Origin: Gemmatimonadota bacterium | GTDB taxonomy: Bacteria; Gemmatimonadota; Gemmatimonadetes; Gemmatimonadales; GWC2-71-9 | Reading direction: 5' to 3' | Length of the DNA stretch: 64,000 nucleotides | Assembly (NCBI GenBank): GCA_036679605.1 | Contig: JAZDCZ010000347.1 | Location: 1-64,000, forward strand | Part shown: one piece after another, positions 38,455-47,945 of the stretch | Layout: each line of letters begins with the position of its first letter | Numbering within the stretch: position 1 is the stretch's first letter | Translations under genes and position numbers: made by a program | The notes under the pieces: generated by a model | Told to the model about the DNA's origin: nothing | Databases searched by the model: none | Seen by the model: the letters and a program-made list of their open reading frames with translations, nothing else

Positions 38455-41088
38455 CTACCGACTCGACCCCCGCAACACGAAGAGATCCCCCAACCTATCA
38501 GTGACGCTGAACACGATCCTTCCATCGGAAGTCCACGACGGGAAATCGATGATTCTCGTGGGCTCAGTAAACGCGTGCAAGAGCTTCGGCTCGCCACCTG
38601 CCGTTGGCACCGTATAAAGGTCTCGGTGGTCGCGCAGAAACAGGATCTGCGTCCCGTCCGGGGAAACCGCAGGATGCGCGTCGTCAATACCCCCGGTCTT
38701 CATCTGACGGAACTCGGCGGTACTGAGGTTCACCGACCACAGGGTCACCGAACCGACATCGTCCAGATCAAAGTAAATCGTTTTCCCATCGGCAGACCAA
38801 GTTGGGCTCCCCGTGAGGCCATCTGGCGTCGGAATCAACGTCAGGCTGCGACCATCGACCGACGCCCGATAGAGTTGCGACTGGCGCACCGGAAAATAGA
38901 CGAATGCATCGGTCCGTTGATCTCGCCCGCGAAACGCAATCTGGCTGCCATCTGGTGAAAATGCCGGATCGTCCGCCAAGAGATGTGTCCCCACGACAGT
39001 CTCACTGCCGGTAGAGAGATCCTGGATCACCAAACCCTGCTCGGTACCATACGCGATGCGGTTGCCGTCCGGAGACCATGCGCTGTGCCTCGCTCCCGCA
39101 CGACTGACCTGCCGCATTTGACTCGATGACAATTCCAGCATCCATAACTCGTCCGTGCCGGTGCGGTTCGAGTAGAAGAGCAGTTTAGCGCCATCAGGTG
39201 AGACACGCGGATAGTCTTCTGTGGTAGTCTCCGAGGTGAGTTGCGCGAGCCGGTCTTCGGTTGGGTCCAGAGCCCAGACGTCGGGCGCGGTGTGCAACGT
39301 CGCATAGGCCAAGCCGGACCCGTCGGGCGCCACAGCACCGCTTATATCTTCACCTACTCCCGTGGTAAGCCGTTCCGGTGGTCCCTCGGGACCAGGGGAA
39401 TCCGCACCAAACGGGACGCCCCACAAGTTGAGCGACCCGCCGCGGGTCGACGAGAATGCAATCCAGCTGCCATCGGGAGACCAAGACGGGCGAAGCGCCA
39501 CTGCCGCTCTATCGAAGGTGAGCTGCACGGGACTGGAATCCCCCACAGCCGGAATGACATAGAGATCCCACCCCGTCGCAGTGCTGGCCCCGCCCACATA
39601 CGCGATCCACGCACCGTCCGGTGACCATGCTAGTCCCGCAACCCGTGGCTCCACGCCCTCTACCCGCGATACCGATTGATCGGCCACCGACACGATGTAT
39701 AACCGCCAATTGCCGTCCCGCGCCGACCGAAACGCGATGCGGCTGCCATCCGGTGACCAACTCGGGTCGTAGGCGTCGTCGGCCAACTTCAACACAGTGC
39801 CACCCAATGCCGGCATCACGAAGAGATCTCCATTCCGGCCGTAGGTATACGGCGCCAGCTCACGGGCCCCACTGAAAATTCCCAAACGCCCGCCGCGATT
39901 ACGTGCCGACACGAAGGCGAGTTGCGTGCCGTCGGGCGAATAGGCAGGCTGAACCTCGTCGACACCGGGTGCTCCGATACGAATAGCCTGGCCACCATCC
40001 ACCTGCCGCATCCACAAGCCGAGATGGCCATCCTGCGACGAGGTGTAGACCACAGTTCGTCCGTCGGGAGACCAGGTCGGTTCAGTCTCCAGCCCCGGTA
40101 GTGTAGTGATCCGTTCGAGGTCGGTGAGCGCGGGAATCGGGCTCGATGAGCCGGACAATACGACTCGCACCAGAACCCAGACCGCTGCAACGACCGCAAC
40201 TACGGCAACCGGAACAGTCCAGGACACTCGGAGCTGCCGCCGCTCCGGCTGCACAGTCACGGTCGCCACGGCTTCGGCGAATTCGCCCGCTGTGTCATGG
40301 CGGTCTGCCGGCACCTTTGACAACGCGCGGTCCAACGCTGCTTCGATGTGGAGCGGCACCGTGTTACGCCGAATGCGAATCTTTTGTGGTTTTTCGGTGA
40401 TCACCTGCGCAATAACCGCTTGGACATTGGTACCGGTGTAAGGCGGATCACCGGCAAGCATTTCGTATAGTAGGCATGCCAAAGAATAGACGTCGCTTCT
40501 CGCGTCGACGTTGCGGTCGCCCGTCGCCTGCTCAGGACTCATGTAGGACGGAGTGCCAAGCGACAGGCCCGTTTCGGTCATCCGTTCGCCGGCGGCCGCA
40601 GAGACCGCCAACGCAATACCAAAGTCCAGTACCATCGCACGACCCTCGTGCAGCACGACGTTCTCGGGCTTGATGTCGCGGTGGATCACTCCCTGCCGAT
40701 GAGCGTAATCGAGTGCGGCGGCTATGTCCCTGGTTATCTCGATCGCATCATCGATCTTTAGTTGCTTCTCCCTAACCAACTTGGCACGAAGTGTCTCTCC
40801 CTCGATGTACGGCATCACGTAATACAAAAACCCATCGGCCTCGCCGGAGTCGAACAACGGTAGGATGTGCGGATGCTGAAGATTGGCGGTTACCGTGATC
40901 TCTTTCAGAAATCGCTCGGCACCAACTACGGCAGCGAGTTCGGGACGGAGAATCTTGAGCGCGACCGGACGGTTGTGCTTGAGATCGCGTGCCAGATACA
41001 CAGTTGCCATCCCACCCTGCCCCACCTCGCGCTCAATGGCGTAGCGGTCCGCAAGTGCTACGTTCAGACGATCGACTAGTTCAGCCAT
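38455..41088 (-). CDS. Ser/Thr protein kinase with a TM helix and PD40 beta-propellers
   Basis: GQGGMATV, HRDIKPEN, DFG, GTPSYMSPE; many WSPDG repeats. Confidence 0.93.
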   Translation of the reverse strand: MAELVDRLNVALADRYAIEREVGQGGMATVYLARDLKHNRPVALKILRPELAAVVGAERFLKEITVTANLQHPHILPLFDSGEADGFLYYVMPYIEGETLRAKLVREKQLKIDDAIEITRDIAAALDYAHRQGVIHRDIKPENVVLHEGRAMVLDFGIALAVSAAAGERMTETGLSLGTPSYMSPEQATGDRNVDARSDVYSLACLLYEMLAGDPPYTGTNVQAVIAQVITEKPQKIRIRRNTVPLHIEAALDRALSKVPADRHDTAGEFAEAVATVTVQPERRQLRVSWTVPVAVVAVVAAVWVLVRVVLSGSSSPIPALTDLERITTLPGLETEPTWSPDGRTVVYTSSQDGHLGLWMRQVDGGQAIRIGAPGVDEVQPAYSPDGTQLAFVSARNRGGRLGIFSGARELAPYTYGRNGDLFVMPALGGTVLKLADDAYDPSWSPDGSRIAFRSARDGNWRLYIVSVADQSVSRVEGVEPRVAGLAWSPDGAWIAYVGGASTATGWDLYVIPAVGDSSPVQLTFDRAAVALRPSWSPDGSWIAFSSTRGGSLNLWGVPFGADSPGPEGPPERLTTGVGEDISGAVAPDGSGLAYATLHTAPDVWALDPTEDRLAQLTSETTTEDYPRVSPDGAKLLFYSNRTGTDELWMLELSSSQMRQVSRAGARHSAWSPDGNRIAYGTEQGLVIQDLSTGSETVVGTHLLADDPAFSPDGSQIAFRGRDQRTDAFVYFPVRQSQLYRASVDGRSLTLIPTPDGLTGSPTWSADGKTIYFDLDDVGSVTLWSVNLSTAEFRQMKTGGIDDAHPAVSPDGTQILFLRDHRDLYTVPTAGGEPKLLHAFTEPTRIIDFPSWTSDGRIVFSVTDRLGDLFVLRGSSR

Positions 41089-41106
41089 TGGGACAATATG
41101 AGAACA

Positions 41107-42219
41107 CTACCGGACCGGAAGCATCACGTGACCGTACGGAGTGCCTGACCACATCAACCACGGCCCTCCGGTAGAAGGATCGGTGGGAAAATTCGCCAAG
41201 TCGAGCAACTTGGCGGTCAGGTACATCATCAGATGAGGTCCGCCGACGATCCAGTCTTGCCCCGGAGGTGGAGCCGTGGCACACACATCCTCCAAATCTG
41301 CACCACTACCTCCCTGAAGCATGTAGGAGAATCCGATGGACGTCAGGTTCGGCGGTGTCACTCCTGCTCCGAAAGCATCCTCCCACATCCTGGCCACTGG
41401 ATTATTGCACGAGGGATCGTTCGATGGAGTGATGGGAGAGTCAGGGTAACACGTCCAATGACTCTTACCTTCCCTCAGCACTGTTACCTCCGACCTCGGC
41501 CCCACAGCGAATCCCAAAACTCTGGCCTCAGCGGCTATGGCATCGACTGTGGCGCTCAATGCATTCTGCATGCTCCATTCTCTATCACCAGGATTCAACC
41601 CCGTAGTGTCTGCCACATGAGCCGGTCCGGTTGGGATCATGATGTGCGCGTAGGGCGTGCCCGCCCACATAATCCACGGACCGCCACCAACCCTGCTGGT
41701 CGGAAGGCTAGTCGAATCCAACGTGCCCGGCGGGAAAAACAGCATCACATGCGGGGGATCGACCACCCAGTCCTCTCGACTTGGCGAGGGAGGTACGAAA
41801 GGATCCGAATCGCTCATGGTCAAACCGCCATGCAACATGTATCCCACGCCGATGGATGTGAGCGCCGGCGTGGTCTTGGCACCTATAGCCTGAATCCAAA
41901 GCGCGGCCATCCCGTCTATGCACTTCGGATCGTCATACGGAACGCTGGGAGCGGTCGGATAGCAGGTCCAACCATTGGATCCCTGCCGAACCAAAGATGT
42001 CCCCCCGCCTCCAACGAAATCCATTATGGTCGCGTCCTTAGCGATCGCTTCCGGACCCGCGCTCATCGCGTTTTGGATCGTCCACTCGGGAGATCCTGGC
42101 TCTGGGCCAGCCGATTCATCGCCACCACCATCAGCGGGGCTACACGCCACAAGCGTGAGAGCCAACGCAGCCAGGCAGAGGCTCGGAGACGAGTGTTGAG
42201 TCAGCCGGCGCATCCACAT
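41107..42219 (-). CDS. Lipoprotein made of two tandem copies of an uncharacterised domain
   Basis: Lipobox LVAC; duplicated QNAxSA...WTCYP...DPxC...YMLxGG...PHxM...GGPWxMWxGTPYxHxMxP. Confidence 0.75.
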   Translation of the reverse strand: MWMRRLTQHSSPSLCLAALALTLVACSPADGGGDESAGPEPGSPEWTIQNAMSAGPEAIAKDATIMDFVGGGGTSLVRQGSNGWTCYPTAPSVPYDDPKCIDGMAALWIQAIGAKTTPALTSIGVGYMLHGGLTMSDSDPFVPPSPSREDWVVDPPHVMLFFPPGTLDSTSLPTSRVGGGPWIMWAGTPYAHIMIPTGPAHVADTTGLNPGDREWSMQNALSATVDAIAAEARVLGFAVGPRSEVTVLREGKSHWTCYPDSPITPSNDPSCNNPVARMWEDAFGAGVTPPNLTSIGFSYMLQGGSGADLEDVCATAPPPGQDWIVGGPHLMMYLTAKLLDLANFPTDPSTGGPWLMWSGTPYGHVMLPVR

Positions 42220-42309
42220 AAGATAGGGGTTCGCGACTCCGCTGGCGAACTCGACACTCTGTCGGCGTCTGGGTGTATCTTCGGTGTCTGTATGAATAGG
42301 ATCTCAGCC

Positions 42310-43098
42310 ATGGCCAAATCGACACACTTCGCATGCGCTCTCGGCGGCCTAGTCCTGGCGATCACGGCGGCCTCGGCCGGTACGATTGCCGCTCAAACCG
42401 TGCGTGGAGTGGTTATCGACGAGCTGGGTAATCGATCGGTCGCAGCGGCGGCGGTTCTCCTGCTGGCGGAGGACGGTACGATACGTGGAGGAATCATCAG
42501 TGACTCGATGGGTGCCTACTCCATCACGGCTGCCGCACCCGGCAAGTATTCCATTAGAGTCGACCGAACCGGATACAGCACGCTGACCACACCTCCGTTC
42601 GACATCGCCGTCGGCGACAACATCGATCTGGAGCTTCGGGTCGCGAGACAAACCATCGTGCTTGACCCGGTAACCGTCACCGGTGTGGCAGAACGCACGG
42701 GCCCCGGACCGCTAGCAGGTTTTTATCTCAGAAAAGAGCGCGGAAGGGGTGCGTTTGTCACCCGCGAAGAGATTGAGCTGAAAGGCAACCCTGATTTCAC
42801 GGCTCTGCTTCGGGCCAAGGGTCACCGTGTCCGCGTTGTGCCCATGGTAGTGGGGCTGTACCAAGTATACACAGTACGATTCAGTGGAACCGGCGGCGCC
42901 CAACAAGACTGTCCACCGGTGGTTTACTACGACGGCATCAAGATTGGGCAGATCGACGAATTAAACCCGGATCGGTTCTTCTCAACGTCCGGGATAGAGG
43001 CGATTGAGGCCTATCCGCCAATGTTGGCCCCTCCGGAATTTCAGGATTCGGCATCAGGATGCGGAGTGATCGTCGTTTGGACCCGGCGCGCTCGGTAG
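42310..43098 (+). CDS. Secreted protein with a carboxypeptidase-regulatory-like domain and a TonB-plug-like domain
   Basis: Signal peptide ending AAQ; VRGVVID; GFYLRKERGRG; CPPVVYYDG, IEAIEAY, CGVIVVWTR. Confidence 0.75.
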   Translation: MAKSTHFACALGGLVLAITAASAGTIAAQTVRGVVIDELGNRSVAAAAVLLLAEDGTIRGGIISDSMGAYSITAAAPGKYSIRVDRTGYSTLTTPPFDIAVGDNIDLELRVARQTIVLDPVTVTGVAERTGPGPLAGFYLRKERGRGAFVTREEIELKGNPDFTALLRAKGHRVRVVPMVVGLYQVYTVRFSGTGGAQQDCPPVVYYDGIKIGQIDELNPDRFFSTSGIEAIEAYPPMLAPPEFQDSASGCGVIVVWTRRAR

Positions 43099-43138
43099 CA
43101 GTCAAGAGACCAGTTGCAGGTGTCTGCGATGGCTCGTC

Positions 43139-44140
43139 TTACCTGTGCGAAATCACGACTGTAGGTTTGGACGGACCAAGCGATTCGAACTCGCTCTTGG
43201 CAAAGCCTGCGTTTCGGAACATGGCATCGAACTCGCCGGCGGTATATGCATCACCGTGTTCTGTCGTTGCCAGCATGATGAGAGTAAAGCAGGCCGGATA
43301 CGGAGGCGAAACACGATCCTCGTTGGGTACCGGCTCCAGCGTAACAGCGTGACCAGTCGGACTGAGAGCACCGTGCACTTTGCGCAGGAATGTCTCGCAG
43401 GTGTCGGTGTCGAAGTGGTGTAAGAAATTTGTGAGCAGAACGAGTTCGTACGGCCCGCCAAGGTCCAACTCAAGCGCACTGCCGGCCATCGTATCGAATC
43501 GGTCCTCCACACCTGCCTTGCGTGCGTTATCTCGAGCAACCGACAGCACGTTGTCCCAATCCACCGCCACTACACGAACATCGTCGTTGCGCTTTGCCAA
43601 CTCGATACCATACAGTCCGTGTCCAGCAGCAATATCCAACACATTGCCCTTTAGAATACCGCGAGCTTCCAACAACGTCGCAATCTGATCTGCGTGCGAG
43701 CGTGCCAGTGGTTCCATCGACTTGGCAAACTCGATCCACACCGGATGCTCCGGCCGCATTGTGCCCGCGTCACCCATAAGAGTCCCACCGTTCCGAACGA
43801 CGGCTGCTATATCGTCAAAGGCGCTAACGAACTGCGGAGCGTTCAGGAACCCGGAAACGGAACCGAGATATGCCGGAGAATTGCAGTCGAGAAAGTTGGC
43901 CGCTAGTGCCGTCAGAGCGTAGCCGCCGGAATTCTTCGTGAGAAAGTCGGACACCACGAGATAATCGCAGAGACTGCGTACGCCCCGTTCGGTAGCATCA
44001 CATTGTGCGGCAATGTCGGCGGCGGTATACGCCCCCTCACCAATGGCCGTGAACAGGTCCAGATCGATTGCCCCTTTAAGGGCCGCCGATTTCTGATAGG
44101 CTATCAGGGTGTCGATGATGACTTCGGGCGAGTCGGTCAT
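43139..44140 (-). CDS. SAM-dependent O-methyltransferase with a dimerisation domain
   Basis: AIDLDLF N-terminal domain; VLDIAAGHG, VDW, NFLHHFD. Confidence 0.88.
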   Translation of the reverse strand: MTDSPEVIIDTLIAYQKSAALKGAIDLDLFTAIGEGAYTAADIAAQCDATERGVRSLCDYLVVSDFLTKNSGGYALTALAANFLDCNSPAYLGSVSGFLNAPQFVSAFDDIAAVVRNGGTLMGDAGTMRPEHPVWIEFAKSMEPLARSHADQIATLLEARGILKGNVLDIAAGHGLYGIELAKRNDDVRVVAVDWDNVLSVARDNARKAGVEDRFDTMAGSALELDLGGPYELVLLTNFLHHFDTDTCETFLRKVHGALSPTGHAVTLEPVPNEDRVSPPYPACFTLIMLATTEHGDAYTAGEFDAMFRNAGFAKSEFESLGPSKPTVVISHR

Positions 44141-44143
44141 GTA

Positions 44144-44251
44144 GAACTCTGAACATCGAACACCGAACTCTGGACGTCGAACGCGTACAGGTCGAAATCA
44201 ATGCGAGCGAACCGATCACGGTCGATGTTGGACATTGGAAGTTGGACGTTC
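44144..44251. repeat. Inverted arrays of 7-bp repeats forming an imperfect hairpin
   Basis: GAACTCT GAACATC GAACACC GAACTCT GGACGTC GAACGCG ... CGATGTT GGACATT GGAAGTT GGACGTT. Confidence 0.7.
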
Positions 44252-46907
44252 ATCTCCCCATCCTCTCTTTCAATTCCTCAAACCAATTCAACACCACGGT
44301 AATCTCCCGCGGCGCCGACTTGGGCGGAATCTTGACCATCAAGAAGCGTTGGCCGTCCGGCGTGACATCGAAATCCGGCGAGAAATTCGAATATGCATAC
44401 GGACCCTCGAAGATTACCGTCGGTATCCCGACGTCACCGGTAGCAGGATCGAATGTTGCACTCATCATCTTCTTGCCGTTGCGATAGACTATTTCGCGTC
44501 CTCCGCGCGTCCATCGTGAACCAAACGCACCATCAGTCGAGACCCGCATACGACTGGTCGTCACATCCGGAAACGGTGCAACATAGATCTCGGACCGGCC
44601 AGATTGGTTTGACGTGTAGATGAGCCACCTGCCATCTGGCGACACCGTAGGAGCGCTCTCGCCGAACGGAGTGTTGATGACGGGAGTTCGCTCACCGGAG
44701 CCGTCCAATTGCAGAGACCATAGATTCGCATCAGGACTGCTCTCGTGGAACAGCATGACGCCGCCGTCCGGAGCAATGGAACCCGCCTGCTTGTCGTTCG
44801 GACTCGTCAGCAACAGCTCCTCTGGCGCACTCGCGTCGGCAGCGCGCCAGAAGAGGTCGAACTGCGGTTCCTCCGCCGAGTAGACGACCTTGCTACCATC
44901 CGCCGTCCAGACCGGTCCAAACGCCTCCGACGGTCTGCTGGTGAGTCGGTCGTTGACTCCTCGCGCAAGATCATAGACCCACACATCTCGGCTACCCCGT
45001 TCGATCGTGAGAGCGATGCGTTTGCCGTCAGGGGACAGCACCGGATCAGAGTAGAGACCGGGCGCTTCGAGAACGAGTTCCTCCTTGCCGGTGCGATCCA
45101 CCCACATAAGGAATCTGTCGGGATACCACACTGACGCAGGGATGTACGCGAGTGTGCCGTTCTCGGCGATCGCGACGGCCGCCAAGCCATTCGGACCGCC
45201 CACCGCGATCTGTTGCAGCACTGGTTCTGCCTGTCCGCGCACTTGAAGCCCACTAAGATCGAAGGGCACCGACAGCATCGCGCCGCCCCGTTGGTATAGC
45301 AGGTGTCCTGTGGGCAGGTATCGTCCGTAGGTTGCCCCTTCGACGATCGTCTTGATCTCGCCAGTCTCGAACGAATACACGGCAATCCGCGATCGATCGA
45401 TGGGCGTCGAGAAATTCGTGAAGAGAATGGCCTTGCCCCCGGGAAGGAGCTGTGGGTACCAATGTCCCAGTTCTCCGCTGGTAGTGTCGGGCTCGGTGAG
45501 CTGCAAGCCGGTACCACCTGCGGCCGAGATCTGCCACAATCCATTCTGATAACTAGGCGTATAGATGATTGACCCGTCTTGTGTCCAGGTCCCGCCCGCC
45601 CATCGTGCCGCGGCCAGCACTATGGGAGCGCCGCCATCCACCGAGATCTTCTTGATGCTGTCATTGGCAGTGAATGCAATCCACTCGCCGTCCGGTGAGA
45701 AGAACGGGTTTGCGGCTCCTTCTGTGCCGCCAAGCGGACGGAAGTCAGGTTCATCCAGCCGGCGGAGGAACACCTGATCTTCCTCACCACGAATACCTAC
45801 CACGGCCAACAACATCCCGTCACGCGAGATAGCAACATACGGACGGCCAGTGTTAGACATCTGATCCTGTGCCGCCATCCGAGCTGTGAGTAGCACCGGT
45901 TGACCCGAAGTTGATCCGCCATCAGCAAGCACTCGCGCACCGAACCAAGCGATCGCTAGGAGTACGAGCACTACTGGCCACGGCAGAGACGGCCGCATGA
46001 GCCGCGACCGAGAGGCGACTTCGGCCTCATGACCTGCAGCCTTCTCGGCAGCGGGGGTACTGACCGGTACCAGCCCCGGACGTGCCAACGCCTCGGCAAA
46101 CTCTGCCGCCGAGTGGAACCTGTCAGCCGGCAGTTTGTTGAGGGCCTTGTGTATACTGGCAGCAACATGACTCGGCACGGTATCCCGCGCGGCGGTCACC
46201 GGCGGCGCCTTCTCGGTAATAACCTTTGCGACTATCGCCTGCGCCGTGCTCCCTGTGTACGGTGGGTCGCCCGCCAACATCTCGTACAGCATCGCGCCGA
46301 GGCTGTACACGTCGGAACGCGCATCCAACTCGCGATCGCCCATCGCCTGCTCGGGGCTCATGTAGTGCGGCGTACCGAGGGAGAGTCCCGTCTCAGTCAA
46401 CCTTGTACCACCAGCTTGTGACACCGCCAAGGCAATTCCGAAGTCAGCCACCAGCGCCTGGCCGTCGTGCATCAAGATGTTCTCGGGCTTGATATCCCTA
46501 TGGATCACATCATGCCTGTGGGCATAGTCCAACGCAGAGGCAACCGCCGTGGTGATTTCGATTGCTTCTTCAATGCCTAGTTGTTTCTCGCGGACAATCG
46601 TTTCGCGTAACGATTCCCCTGCTACATACGGCATCACGTAGAAAAGGAAACCATCCGCATCTCCCGAGTCGTGCAGTGGCAGTATGTGGGGGTGCTGCAA
46701 GTTGGCCGTGACTTTGATCTCGTTAAGAAAACGCTCGGCGCCGATTAAGGCCGCGAGTTCCGGCCGCAACACTTTCAGCGCGACATTGCGGTCGTGTTTG
46801 ATGTCATGAGCCAAATAGACTGTCGCCATGCCACCTTCGCCGATGTGCTTTTCGATGCGGTAGCGGTCGGCTAGGGCCGTGGTGAGGCGTTCGATTATCT
46901 CAGTCAT
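44250..46907 (-). CDS. Ser/Thr protein kinase with PD40 beta-propellers, paralogue of 11581-14217
   Basis: Near-identical kinase domain; same C-terminus NWFEELKxRxGR. Confidence 0.93.
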   Translation of the reverse strand: MTEIIERLTTALADRYRIEKHIGEGGMATVYLAHDIKHDRNVALKVLRPELAALIGAERFLNEIKVTANLQHPHILPLHDSGDADGFLFYVMPYVAGESLRETIVREKQLGIEEAIEITTAVASALDYAHRHDVIHRDIKPENILMHDGQALVADFGIALAVSQAGGTRLTETGLSLGTPHYMSPEQAMGDRELDARSDVYSLGAMLYEMLAGDPPYTGSTAQAIVAKVITEKAPPVTAARDTVPSHVAASIHKALNKLPADRFHSAAEFAEALARPGLVPVSTPAAEKAAGHEAEVASRSRLMRPSLPWPVVLVLLAIAWFGARVLADGGSTSGQPVLLTARMAAQDQMSNTGRPYVAISRDGMLLAVVGIRGEEDQVFLRRLDEPDFRPLGGTEGAANPFFSPDGEWIAFTANDSIKKISVDGGAPIVLAAARWAGGTWTQDGSIIYTPSYQNGLWQISAAGGTGLQLTEPDTTSGELGHWYPQLLPGGKAILFTNFSTPIDRSRIAVYSFETGEIKTIVEGATYGRYLPTGHLLYQRGGAMLSVPFDLSGLQVRGQAEPVLQQIAVGGPNGLAAVAIAENGTLAYIPASVWYPDRFLMWVDRTGKEELVLEAPGLYSDPVLSPDGKRIALTIERGSRDVWVYDLARGVNDRLTSRPSEAFGPVWTADGSKVVYSAEEPQFDLFWRAADASAPEELLLTSPNDKQAGSIAPDGGVMLFHESSPDANLWSLQLDGSGERTPVINTPFGESAPTVSPDGRWLIYTSNQSGRSEIYVAPFPDVTTSRMRVSTDGAFGSRWTRGGREIVYRNGKKMMSATFDPATGDVGIPTVIFEGPYAYSNFSPDFDVTPDGQRFLMVKIPPKSAPREITVVLNWFEELKERMGR

Positions 46908-46943
46908 TACTGGATGGACTGCGACGGAACAGAAAAGGAGGAA

Positions 46944-47032
46944 CTGCCACGGATGATCGTTTAGGACACGGATCCGTTGCTCGGGCAGTGCAAGCGGAGC
47001 AAGTCCGTGTCCGAATCAATGATCCGCGGCAG
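46944..47032. repeat. Long imperfect palindrome (REP-like element)
   Basis: CTGCCACGGAT pairs with ATCCGCGGCAG, GGACACGGA with TCCGTGTCC, and TTGCTC with GAGCAA. Confidence 0.72.
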
Positions 47033-47172
47033 CGTACTGGTGAAGTGGACAGAGAACTCATTGGTCGGGCCTAAGATGACCTCCAGCGCCGCTAAGCGCC
47101 ACCCTGAGCCGAGAGACAGCACCTTGATACGGCCGAAGCCCTTGATCGTTTATTTCACATTTCACCGAACCG

Positions 47173-47207
47173 CCACTCCCCACTCCCCACTCCCTATTCT
47201 CTACTCT
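47173..47207. repeat. Heptamer tandem repeat
   Basis: CCACTCC x3, then CTATTCT and CTACTCT, just upstream of the HAD gene. Confidence 0.7.
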
Positions 47208-47218
47208 ACCTTACACCC

Positions 47219-47914
47219 ATGTCCACGGGCCAGCTAGCCACTTTGCGCCAGACTCTGCCGCAGCTCTGGAAGATCCTGTCACAACTACAACCGACCTTCC
47301 ATCTAGACAGTGCATACGAGGTAAACGCTGAATTCCTGAACAGACACGAAATTCGCGCAGTATTGTGGGATGTCGACGGTACGATCATGTCGTATCACGG
47401 ATCCGATGTGGATACTGCGTTCCCACAACTGCGCCATCTATTCGTACACGGTCCGGCCCGCCATGCAATCCTCTCAAACTGCGACGAGCGTCGCTTCGAT
47501 GAGCTGGCGGCAATCTTTCCCGAAATTCCTATCGTGCGCGGTTATACCACCGCTTCCGGTCCCGTCTTTCGTCAGACATGGCACGGCGAGGATACCCACA
47601 CATCTGAACAGATAGAAGCGCTATTGTCGAACGGCGCTCGGCAGATGCGCAAACCCGCCGGTCAACTCGTGCACTACGGAATGGAGCTGCTAGGGATCGA
47701 TGATCCACAAACAGTGCTGATGGTGGGTGATCAGTACCTCACGGACGTCGCGTCGGCGAACCTCGCTGGCGCGTGTTCCGCCAAGGTCCCCACCTTCCAC
47801 CGCGACACCTTTCCTTTCTCAATCCGAATCAGCCAACGGCTCGAACGGCTTGTGTACGCTCTTGGATCCGCCATTTTCACTGCCTCTGCAACTTCCCCCA
47901 GCTCCCGGGGTTAA
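47219..47914 (+). CDS. HAD-family phosphatase (YqeG-like)
   Basis: WDVDGT, LSN, RKP, MVGDQYLTDV. Confidence 0.82.
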   Translation: MSTGQLATLRQTLPQLWKILSQLQPTFHLDSAYEVNAEFLNRHEIRAVLWDVDGTIMSYHGSDVDTAFPQLRHLFVHGPARHAILSNCDERRFDELAAIFPEIPIVRGYTTASGPVFRQTWHGEDTHTSEQIEALLSNGARQMRKPAGQLVHYGMELLGIDDPQTVLMVGDQYLTDVASANLAGACSAKVPTFHRDTFPFSIRISQRLERLVYALGSAIFTASATSPSSRG

Positions 47915-47945
47915 GATCCTATGGAATGGCAGTGAGGTAAGAGCC

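Noticed and set aside
41233..42309. Long 5' extension of the 621-aa plus-strand ORF
   Set aside because: Antisense to the lipoprotein gene; the signal peptide and recognisable domains begin at ATG 42310.
44144..47207. CRISPR array from the short repeats
   Set aside because: Units are 7 bp without unique spacers, and no cas genes are present.
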